A DNA stretch of 20,930 nt from Promethearchaeota archaeon. GTDB taxonomy: Archaea > Asgardarchaeota > Lokiarchaeia > Sigyniarchaeales > SOKP01. A program made the translations under genes and the position numbers. This document shows, one piece after another, positions 8,514 to 16,519 of this stretch (positions within the stretch are counted from its first letter, which is position 1; each line of letters begins with the position of its first letter). Below the pieces are notes generated by a model. That model made no database searches. It was not told the DNA's origin and saw only the letters and a program-made list of their open reading frames with translations. The stretch is taken from the NCBI GenBank assembly GCA_048938895.1, contig JBHLLU010000051.1, forward strand, positions 1-20,930, given 5' to 3'.

Positions 8514-10064
8514 ATGAATCTAAGAGAATTAGTAGAAAATCAAGCAGAAAAATATAAGGATAGGATATTTTTGTATTGGGAGGATATTACAGTTTCTTAT
8601 CAAGAAATAAATGAACTTACAAACAGAGTTGCGAATTTCCTGTATGATTTAGGTATTAGAAAAGGTGATAAAGTTAGTGTTTATTTGCCAAACATGCCTG
8701 AATATGTATATTTATATTTAGGTATTCCCAAAATCGGGGCAGTTACTGGTCCAGTAAATGCATTATTTAAAGCTCGAGAAGCTAAATTTGTTGTAGGTCA
8801 TTCAGAAGCCAAGGCTATAATTACCATACCGCAATTTATGGAAACTGTAAATGAAATTAAGGATGATCTTCCAAACTTGAAACATGTGATTGTTATTGGA
8901 GAAAAGACTGAAAATACACTTGATTTCTGGGAATTAATGGAAGCTGCTTCAGCTGAGGCACCACCAAAGGTAAAAATTAAAGAAAAGACTGATGTTGCTG
9001 CTATTCTTTACACATCAGGTACGACCGGGTTTCCTAAAGGTGTATTACAGACTCATTTTAACATACGTCGGAATGCAGAGATGATACAAGAATTTATAAA
9101 ACCAAGAGAGGATTTTCGTTATATGCTAATTTTGCCATTGTTCCATGTAAATGCTCAAGTTGTAACAGTTATGGCACCATTTACAATAGGAGCTAGTTGT
9201 ATTTTAACACCGGGATTCTCAGCACAAACTCATTGGGAGACTGTAGCTAAGTATAAAGCAACAACATTTAGCGCTGTTCCAACAGTACTTTCTATACTAC
9301 TTCGAATGCCACATGAAAATTTAGATCTTTCTTCTTTGGAGTTTGTGATTTGCGGAGCAGCACCTTTACCTGTGGAAGTGTTTAAAGAATTTGAAGAAAC
9401 TTTCAATTGTAAAATTGTTGAAGGATTTGGGCTTACAGAGGGTACCTGTGCATCCTCAGTAAATCCATTACCTACAGAAACAGAAGATCGACGTAAGGTT
9501 GGAAGTATCGGAATTCCTTTGCCTGGTAATGAAATGAAAATTGTTGATGAAAATGGCAATGATGTTCCTCCAAATACAAAAGGGGAGATAGTTATTAAAG
9601 GAGATAACGTTATGAAAGAATATTTTAAAAATCCAGAGGCTAACGCAGAAACTCTTAAAAATGGTTGGTTGCATACAGGAGATATTGGCCATATGGACGA
9701 AGACGGGTTTTTCTTTATAACAGATCGTAAGAAGGATATGATAATACGTGGTGGGGAGAATATTTATCCAAGAGAAATAGAAGAAGTACTCTATTCACAT
9801 CCTTCCGTATCATTAGCTACTGTTATTGGTGTACGTGATAAAATATATGGAGAACTCCCTAAAGCATTTATTGTACTAAAGGAAGGTGAATCAATAACAG
9901 AAGAAGAAATTATAGATTACTGCAGAAAAAATTTAGCTAATTTCAAAATCCCCAGATATGTGGAATTCAGGGACAGCTTACAGCAAACACCTACTGGAAA
10001 AATAATGAAGCAGCCTTTACGTGAAGAGGAAGAAGCGAAGACAGGTAAAATATTCAATTCATAA
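8514..10064 (+). CDS. Long-chain fatty acid--CoA ligase (ANL/AMP-binding family)
   Basis: YTSGTTGFPKG, LPLFHV, GFGLTEG, GWLHTGD, DRKKDMIIRGGENIYP, TGKIMK. Confidence 0.95.
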   Translation: MNLRELVENQAEKYKDRIFLYWEDITVSYQEINELTNRVANFLYDLGIRKGDKVSVYLPNMPEYVYLYLGIPKIGAVTGPVNALFKAREAKFVVGHSEAKAIITIPQFMETVNEIKDDLPNLKHVIVIGEKTENTLDFWELMEAASAEAPPKVKIKEKTDVAAILYTSGTTGFPKGVLQTHFNIRRNAEMIQEFIKPREDFRYMLILPLFHVNAQVVTVMAPFTIGASCILTPGFSAQTHWETVAKYKATTFSAVPTVLSILLRMPHENLDLSSLEFVICGAAPLPVEVFKEFEETFNCKIVEGFGLTEGTCASSVNPLPTETEDRRKVGSIGIPLPGNEMKIVDENGNDVPPNTKGEIVIKGDNVMKEYFKNPEANAETLKNGWLHTGDIGHMDEDGFFFITDRKKDMIIRGGENIYPREIEEVLYSHPSVSLATVIGVRDKIYGELPKAFIVLKEGESITEEEIIDYCRKNLANFKIPRYVEFRDSLQQTPTGKIMKQPLREEEEAKTGKIFNS

Positions 10065-10067
10065 TAC

Positions 10068-10076
10068 TTTTTTTTA
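10068..10076 (+). terminator. Oligo-T tract after the acyl-CoA ligase stop (candidate archaeal terminator)
   Basis: T-run starting a few nt after TAA 10064. Confidence 0.5.
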
Positions 10077-10673
10077 ATCATGAGTAAAAATAAATAGAAC
10101 TCATATAGTATATAATTTCATCCACCGTTTATTCAGGATAATACTTTCACTTTCCAATAAATATTCTATGTTCCTATTTGTTATTCTACATTGTTCTTTC
10201 ACCTTCTTGAAAGGATCGTGTATTAAACTAATCTCATAACTGACAATAGCACTCCTTAGATGCTCAGGAGTGAATTGCTGAAACTCTCTTTCTCCCGAAC
10301 GAGTACATTGAATAGAAATACCACTGTCTACATTACTTCTATGTTTTAGACTATCAAGGAATCTACTATAAAAAAATTGGAAAACCAAAATTTATGCCAT
10401 GGGTTGATATTGCTATGATAGTAGGTTATTTAAGGTACGTTAGGGGGCGTCCAACAGAAAGAGCCGTTAAAATCCACCTGAAATCTCAGAAAAAAGTGCG
10501 ATTTAACTCAAGCAATTATCTTTTTAAAGATAAGTTTTTTAACTTTGATGATGTCTTTTATTCATATCAATTTAAAGGCTGTCCCTTTTTCTCAAAGGAT
10601 AACAAATCCTTTGAAATAAATCCTTTTTAAAAAATATAAATTGATAATTACCTTTTCATAAAACTTATAAAAG

Positions 10674-10746
10674 GGAGAGGAGAATGGCACCGAGTCAAGA
10701 AATGAGCATGAATTCGCCAAAATTCAAATGGTGCCATATTCTCTCC
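10674..10746. other. GC-rich nested inverted repeat; candidate structured RNA or MITE-like element
   Basis: GGAGAG 10674-10679 / CTCTCC 10741-10746; ATGGCACC 10684-10691 / GGTGCCAT 10730-10737; inner TGAATT 10709-10714 / AATTCA 10721-10726. Confidence 0.55.
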
Positions 10747-10987
10747 ATAGTTTAGCAAAAAAATAATGAAAAGGCATGATACGATCTCATTCCCAATAAT
10801 AGAAATTACATCATTATGTATAGTATATTTATATAGTAGTTACTGAGGTATTTAAACTATGAAAGTTTGACAGATTAGAAATTTGTAATTACAGTCTCAA
10901 ATGGTTGATTTTGACAAATGAGACTAGAATACTGAAACTTTGGTTGAGATTGAGAGTGTATGTTTAAATAAAAAATTTAAAATATAT

Positions 10988-11000
10988 GAAAAGGTTATAA
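10988..11000 (+). promoter_or_regulatory. BRE-TATA-like promoter for the small Zn-ribbon ORF
   Basis: GAAAAGG-TTATAA about 40 nt upstream of ATG 11039; GAGAGG SD-like element just before the start. Confidence 0.5.
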
Positions 11001-11038
11001 TTTTCTTGAGAAATTAATAAGGCAGTGAGAGAGGTTAA

Positions 11039-11179
11039 ATGAGACGTTATTGGTGTAAAAATTGTAATAAAATGGTTGATATTAGAAAAGAACACACTTT
11101 TCTTGTAAGACTTTACCTTATACGACGGGTTTGTGCCATATGTGGAAAAAAAGTAAAAAAAAAGAGGATTCCGAAATAA
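11039..11179 (+). CDS. 46-aa basic Zn-ribbon microprotein (not in the ORF track)
   Basis: MRRYWCKNCNKMVDIRKEHTFLVRLYLIRRVCAICGKKVKKKRIPK*: CxxC-x22-CxxCG, with promoter-like and SD-like elements upstream. Confidence 0.72.
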   Translation: MRRYWCKNCNKMVDIRKEHTFLVRLYLIRRVCAICGKKVKKKRIPK

Positions 11180-11365
11180 GCAAACTGAAATATAGAATTA
11201 ATCAATAATCCACTTATCTTTACAATTTTTTGGTTTAAGTGTTATTTCTCATCATTTTCTCTAAATGAACAAATCTAAACAAATAATTTATAGATAAAAT
11301 GTTTTTAATACAGAATGTTCAATTTTTATCATAAGAATGATCGAATTTAGGTTATTATACAACTC

Positions 11366-12166
11366 ATGAAAATATCAGAAGAAAATGTAACAATTAAGTG
11401 TTCTGACGGGGTTGATCTGAAAGCTTATATAACATGGCCTCTAGAAAAGGGTAAATATCCTGGATTAATCGTGATCCATGAAATATGGGGTTTAAATGAT
11501 CAGATTAAGGGAGTAGCTAGACGTTATGCTGAACATGGATATGCAGTAGTAGCTCCCCATCTCTTTAGCAGCAAAGAGAACATTCTTAAAGAAGAGAATA
11601 TTAGGAAGGCGATGATACCTGTATTTTCTATCCCAAGAGACAAACGAAGTGATCCATCTTCTCTAAAATCTATCATGGACAATATGTCAGACAACGATAA
11701 GGACGTTGTACGTCTTCTTTTCTTAGAAAGAGAATCATTAGAGAAAAATATTATAAGTGAAGCGAAAGATTGTTATAACTATTTTAGTGATCTACCATCT
11801 GTAAATAATGAAAAAATGGGAGTAACTGGTTTTTGTTTTGGCGGGGGTCTTGCACTCCATCTCTCAACATTAATCCCTTTTACAGCATCAGTTATTTTTT
11901 ATGGTGCTAATCCAAAATCAATCGACTCTGTATCAAAAATAAATGGACCTGTTCTTTCTATCTACGCAGGGGAAGATACAATGCTTGGGGCTGGAATTCC
12001 GTCACTCGTTGAAGCCATGTTCAAATATAAAAAGACTTTTGCTATGAAACTTTATGAGGGTGTACAACATGCATTCTTTAATGAAACTAGTTCAGTTTAT
12101 AATGAAGCTGCAGCCGAAGATGCCTGGTTGATGGTACTAAATTTTTTCAACACATATTTAAAATAA
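11366..12166 (+). CDS. Dienelactone hydrolase family protein (alpha/beta hydrolase)
   Basis: IHEIWGLN, nucleophile elbow GFCFGG, AGED and HAF: Cys-Asp-His triad. Confidence 0.93.
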   Translation: MKISEENVTIKCSDGVDLKAYITWPLEKGKYPGLIVIHEIWGLNDQIKGVARRYAEHGYAVVAPHLFSSKENILKEENIRKAMIPVFSIPRDKRSDPSSLKSIMDNMSDNDKDVVRLLFLERESLEKNIISEAKDCYNYFSDLPSVNNEKMGVTGFCFGGGLALHLSTLIPFTASVIFYGANPKSIDSVSKINGPVLSIYAGEDTMLGAGIPSLVEAMFKYKKTFAMKLYEGVQHAFFNETSSVYNEAAAEDAWLMVLNFFNTYLK

Positions 12167-12184
12167 GAAGGAGCTTAAGCAATA

Positions 12185-12313
12185 ATGGATGAGAACAATG
12201 CAGATTTCCCTGATTTACTTTGGTCTTGTTTTATAAATTGGCTCAATACTCTCGAAGATGAGGGTTTTTTTAAAAATCCCATCATAGATAATCTAAATGA
12301 TAAAAATCAATAA
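12185..12313 (+). CDS. Possible 42-aa acidic ORF or gene remnant
   Basis: MDENNADFPDLLWSCFINWLNTLEDEGFFKNPIIDNLNDKNQ*, with AAGGAG upstream, 18 nt after the hydrolase stop. No recognisable family. Confidence 0.3.
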   Translation: MDENNADFPDLLWSCFINWLNTLEDEGFFKNPIIDNLNDKNQ

Positions 12314-12356
12314 AAATATGCAGTCTCCGATTGCTTAATTACATGCTTTTCTAGTA

Positions 12357-12671
12357 CTAGATGCACATGACACTTTCAGATTCAGAGCAGAAAAGAGTTT
12401 TATCTTGAAATCCTTCTAAGGCATTAAAGCCAATCCACACTTCTTTACCCTCTATGGTTCTCCTAATAAATTTCACATCAGTCCAGTTAACTGTAGGAAA
12501 TGGATCTAAGGTGGAAACAATTACGATGATATCGATATCATTCTTTACCCATGAATCAGGAATCTCCGCATCGAAATAGCTCCCAATTCCATACACAGCG
12601 ATAACTTGCTCTTTATATCGCGCCTTTAGATCTTCAAGGACTATTTTTACTACTGGATCTTTTATGCTCAA
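12357..12671 (-). CDS. Pol-beta-superfamily nucleotidyltransferase domain protein, possibly 3'-truncated
   Basis: AVYGIGSYF...NDIDIIVIV (GS...DxD motif). TTG start; ends abruptly inside a palindrome. Confidence 0.7.
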   Translation of the reverse strand: MSIKDPVVKIVLEDLKARYKEQVIAVYGIGSYFDAEIPDSWVKNDIDIIVIVSTLDPFPTVNWTDVKFIRRTIEGKEVWIGFNALEGFQDKTLFCSESESVMCI

Positions 12672-12830
12672 CTATCTCAAAATATATTTTTAATTTTATT
12701 CCCACATTTACCTAGGATGCTTTAAATTTAAATAAATAGTGTCGCATAGGGAAATTATTGTTGTAATATTTGATTGTATTTCAAATCAAAAAGAATATAT
12801 AAGAATACTTTAATTTAATAAAATGAGGAG

Positions 12831-13541
12831 ATGCCAATGAAAAAGAAACTTGTAAGTTTGTCTTTTTTACTATTATTTACTCTCTTAAGCATAGGTACTG
12901 TTCCTGTTTATGCTGCCTCAAAAAAATCCATTATTACTGATGCAGACACATATATAGATGATGCTCATCCATCCTCTAATTATGGATCTGAAGATTCTCT
13001 CCATGTTGCAACCTCCGACTTCATATCTGAAATTAATACTTATTTACATTTTGATTTATCAGGTAGACCTAATAATATGATTAAAACTGAAATTAAAATT
13101 AGTGTCGTGTTGACACCTATACCTTTTTATCTTAGTATTTTTTTAGTAACCGGAGTTTGGGACGAATATCTCCTGACTTGGAATAATAAACCCTCCCTTG
13201 GGCAGAAGATTGCTGATTTAATCTATAATGGTGATGGTGATATTATTATCAATATTTTATTTACAGGAGACGATATTAGTATTTGTTTGAAGACTATAAG
13301 CTCGCAGGATGGAATACTATGGGCACATTCCAGAGAATCGATATTTCCCCCTGAATTAATTTGGACGTACAAGTCGGATAGTATTGAAGGGTTTCCCGTT
13401 TTTCTTTTACTAATTAGTGTCCTAGGATGTATTTTATTAATGACTATTTTAACCAAGTTTGAATATAATGATGGATATAGGTATAAGAAGTTCAAAATGA
13501 GAGGAATTAATGAAGTAAAATGGATGAATGGCAAATTTTGA
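12831..13541 (+). CDS. DNRLRE/CBM96-like domain surface protein with signal peptide and C-terminal membrane anchor
   Basis: KKK + hydrophobic signal ending VYA; DADTYID..HP.SNYG, TYLHFDLS, WDE..LTWNNKP, HSRE...PPEL; IEGF followed by a TM helix and a basic tail. Confidence 0.85.
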   Translation: MPMKKKLVSLSFLLLFTLLSIGTVPVYAASKKSIITDADTYIDDAHPSSNYGSEDSLHVATSDFISEINTYLHFDLSGRPNNMIKTEIKISVVLTPIPFYLSIFLVTGVWDEYLLTWNNKPSLGQKIADLIYNGDGDIIINILFTGDDISICLKTISSQDGILWAHSRESIFPPELIWTYKSDSIEGFPVFLLLISVLGCILLMTILTKFEYNDGYRYKKFKMRGINEVKWMNGKF

Positions 13542-13553
13542 ATAGGATTTTAG

Positions 13554-13593
13554 AATTGAGAAAAAGACAAGAGAAAAATTGAGAAAAAGACAA
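13554..13593. repeat. 17-bp direct repeat, two copies, period 23
   Basis: AATTGAGAAAAAGACAA at 13554-13570 and 13577-13593. Confidence 0.8.
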
Positions 13594-13850
13594 AAAAAAA
13601 GAGAAAGTCTACTCCATAAAAAATCTATGATTTTTTATAGCAGATTTAAACCTCTCTATTGTTCTAAATTGATTTTCTAGAATCATAGAAATATGCTGAT
13701 ACAAAAGATCTTTATCCCCAATCCAGTTTTTAAGGTAAATTCATCATCTGATTTCAATGAAAATTTAGTGGAGATGGAATCAATTTCTAGCTCAAAACAG
13801 TGATCACCTAAATTTTTACTTAGAGATAATCACAAAATTGGAAGGTTAAT

Positions 13851-14309
13851 TCAAGTTCCTTGTTTTAGATCAATAGGAGTCATTTCAAATTTATTCATTC
13901 TTTTTTCAATTATCTCACCATAAGGATCTAAATAATCATTAATTCTATCTAGGGTCTCATCAGGAATTTGAGTAGCTAATGCGATACATTCCTCTTTTTC
14001 TTTTTCAGATAGATGCGAAGTAAGAGGGCAATGCATAAGATAATGTTCCTTACTGTTCAAGGAGAAAACAGGAAATTTTTTGCATACCATTGGTCGGACT
14101 TCATAAATAGTACAATAATATTCTTTAAAATAGGGACAAATCCCTGTTTCTCCCCATTCTGTAATATAGCAGTTATCCGAAATTCTTACAAAATAATTTT
14201 TATATCTTGTTTTAATTATTTCATTAAATTCTATTTTGGTCGCTACAGTACCACCTAAACTGCAACAGTATCCACCACATTTTATGCAAATTTTCTGTAT
14301 ATTTGTCAT
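13851..14309 (-). CDS. YkgJ family (CxxCxxCC) cysteine-cluster protein
   Basis: CIKCGGYCC ... CPYF ... CTIYEVRPMVCKKFP. Confidence 0.9.
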   Translation of the reverse strand: MTNIQKICIKCGGYCCSLGGTVATKIEFNEIIKTRYKNYFVRISDNCYITEWGETGICPYFKEYYCTIYEVRPMVCKKFPVFSLNSKEHYLMHCPLTSHLSEKEKEECIALATQIPDETLDRINDYLDPYGEIIEKRMNKFEMTPIDLKQGT

Positions 14310-14625
14310 TCCATAAAATATAATTGATTTTTAAATGTTAAAAAATTATTTTAAGTTCTTACAGATACAATCTGTATTGACATGGTTTTTTTTACAGTTT
14401 TATCAATAATTTCTCTTGTATTTAACCAATCACTAACTATTTTCATTACTTCATTTTAGATTTTATTTTTTAACTTAATCTCTAGATTAATGTTTTTAAA
14501 GAAAAAACAAATATATCAATACTTAACGGTAAAACTTTTTTAGATAATTAATTTTTATTATCTATAGCTTTATATAAATAAGATTACTCATTGAAATTTT
14601 TATTTATCTCTCTATTTTAAGATAT

Positions 14626-14633
14626 TTTAAATA
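14626..14633 (+). promoter_or_regulatory. Candidate TATA box for tRNA-Pro
   Basis: TTTAAATA ending about 33 nt upstream of the mature tRNA 5' end. Confidence 0.45.
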
Positions 14634-14665
14634 AAAACTCTGATAAGAAAAGCCAGTTTCGCCAT

Positions 14666-14769
14666 GGGAGGGTGGTCTAGCTTGGTATGATACTCGGCTG
14701 GGGGCCGAGGCATCATTTAAGTTCTAAGTGATGAGGTATTGGTCGGGGGTTCAATTCCCCCCTCTCCCA
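14666..14769 (+). tRNA. tRNA-Pro(GGG) with a 30-nt insert (probable intron, about 14710-14739) between anticodon stem and variable loop; CCA not encoded
   Basis: Acceptor GGGAGGG/CTCTCCC + A; D arm GTCTAGCTTGGTATGAT; anticodon arm CTCGG-CTGGGGG-CCGAG (anticodon 14700-14702); T arm GGGGG-TTCAATT-CCCCC. Confidence 0.92.
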
Positions 14770-14800
14770 TTTATTTTTAAAGTGATAAAAGGGGATTTAT

Positions 14801-16351
14801 TTAATCGTAATAGAATCGTGATCTTCGGTTTTGATATCGCTCAAGGTAATCATCTTCCTCAAGTTCTTGGATTTTCTCGGAATAATCTTTTGTATACCAA
14901 TTAATTTCGTTTTGGAAGAACATCCTTTCCCGTAAGAGATCATAATGAGTTTTTCCTATTGATGCTTTACAATTAGGACAACATTTTTCCTCTTTATTAA
15001 AATGATTCCCACATGCAAAACATATTAGGCGATCATATTCGTCGTAATAAAATTTTTTAGTGAGGTTAGCAATTTCTTCTGATTTTATTTTATCTTGCGA
15101 TAATAAGTCCATTCTAGTTATGAATTGATCTTTCAATCTGATCTTCCTAAGGATAATAGAAACTGCCACAGAAATTCTATTTAGTATCTCTTCAATAGCT
15201 ACTTTGTTTTGGTCTTGAAAATCCTCAATTTGAAATATATATGTCTTTACTTTTTCCAGTATTTTATCTTTGTCATGATAACTAATTAAAGTTTCAGGTT
15301 TTAGAATATCTGATAGGAAAGTTATTATTTTATCTATAATCCCAACTTTAATTCCAGAATCCATCATTTCATCTCTTAATTTGCCTAAAAATTTTTTCTT
15401 CAAATAATGTTTAAATTTGATAATAATAGCATCACTTTGTTGTTGATCTGAACAAATTTCTATGACTTCTCCTCTTGGAGTTGAATATGTAAATCCAAAA
15501 CCTTCTGGTCCTAGACCTCCGCGAAGTACCATTGAAAGACTATAGAATTTATAATTATTCTTCATCAAAATATCATCTTTATATTTAATCACATTTTCCG
15601 GATAAACATCATGTATAATTTCACGAGACTGACCATTTTCAAAGTAAATTCTGCCATAGGTAATATAGATATCTTTCTTATTTTGATTAAAATTTTTAAT
15701 AGGGGTGTAGTTCTTCTCAATTTGTGCTATGAAATTAGTTACAGAACCCAAATTTCTGGCGACTAAACCATACATTGAATAATACTCGTCCAACCACCTT
15801 TTCAAGCCATCTGGATAAATTCGTCTTAAATAAAGATCGTATGGCATTATTTTGCAAACATAATAAATTAAAGAATCTGGAGCGCTCCCAAACAAATCTT
15901 TTAGATTAGAAATAAGAAGCTTATCATTCTTTTTAATCTCTTCGATAACTTTGATATGATCCTTTGTAAATTCTCTCTCAAATAAGTTGTATTTAGTGAA
16001 ATGACGAATTATTTCAAAAATTCTACCGGTTAATCCTCTTTGCATACCTTCCAAATGTAAATACGCTAGAATTTTAAACCTATAGGGAATATTTTTAACT
16101 TTAATGAAAAATCCAAGTTTATCAGAATAGTTGAATAATTGCTCAAAAAGTTCAAATTCCATTTGGAATAGTAAATAGGATAATGCTAAGTAATAACATT
16201 TTTCTTTGTCATCTTTTATCTTTTCATAGTCTAATGAATCAGATAACTCTGATAAAAGCTCTATATTAATTCTAGCAACATATCTTCCAAACATAGATAA
16301 ATTTCCTGTTCTAATTGTTTTAAGGAGTAATTGTAAATTTTTTGAAGGCAT
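14801..16351 (-). CDS. Hypothetical protein, paralogue of 16520-18022, with inserted Zn ribbon
   Basis: 516-aa ORF sharing FYSLSMV..GGLGPEGFGFTYSTP.GE.IEICSDQ, LKDQFITRM and HYD.LRERMF.QN with the neighbour; has an extra CFAC-x9-CCPNC. Confidence 0.85.
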   Translation of the reverse strand: MPSKNLQLLLKTIRTGNLSMFGRYVARINIELLSELSDSLDYEKIKDDKEKCYYLALSYLLFQMEFELFEQLFNYSDKLGFFIKVKNIPYRFKILAYLHLEGMQRGLTGRIFEIIRHFTKYNLFEREFTKDHIKVIEEIKKNDKLLISNLKDLFGSAPDSLIYYVCKIMPYDLYLRRIYPDGLKRWLDEYYSMYGLVARNLGSVTNFIAQIEKNYTPIKNFNQNKKDIYITYGRIYFENGQSREIIHDVYPENVIKYKDDILMKNNYKFYSLSMVLRGGLGPEGFGFTYSTPRGEVIEICSDQQQSDAIIIKFKHYLKKKFLGKLRDEMMDSGIKVGIIDKIITFLSDILKPETLISYHDKDKILEKVKTYIFQIEDFQDQNKVAIEEILNRISVAVSIILRKIRLKDQFITRMDLLSQDKIKSEEIANLTKKFYYDEYDRLICFACGNHFNKEEKCCPNCKASIGKTHYDLLRERMFFQNEINWYTKDYSEKIQELEEDDYLERYQNRRSRFYYD

Positions 16352-16519
16352 GGGCGACTAAAGTATTCAATATTGGTTTGAAACTCACATTTATTATATT
16401 TTAATTCTTGTTAATTTTTAATTAATTTGATTAGTGCTTAAAACTACTATCATCTAATAAAATTGTTTGGTGTGACACTTGGCATGGTGTCGAAGATTTA
16501 AATTCATTGATTCTTTCTT

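Noticed and set aside
9230-9692. Minus-strand ORFs 9230-9559 and 9468-9692
   Set aside because: Antisense shadows inside the acyl-CoA ligase.
10674-10746. SECIS, hammerhead or purine-riboswitch identity for the hairpin
   Set aside because: ATGA is present but has no opposing GA for the SECIS core, and there is no in-frame TGA selenoprotein nearby. There is no CUGAnGA hammerhead core, and the junction sequences do not fit the purine riboswitch.
13554-13593. CRISPR-like repeat
   Set aside because: Only two 17-bp copies with a 6-nt spacer and no cas genes; it looks like a slippage duplication.
14745-14769. tRNA-Pro 3' end as an integration (att) site for the flanking accessory genes
   Set aside because: No direct repeat of the tRNA end and no integrase seen. 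The 8-bp inverted match at 10673-10680 is too short to be meaningful.
14957-15058. Mini-intein or intron explanation for the Zn-ribbon insert
   Set aside because: Too short, lacks the N-terminal C/S and C-terminal HN intein motifs, and no BHB was evident. It reads as a coherent coding module.
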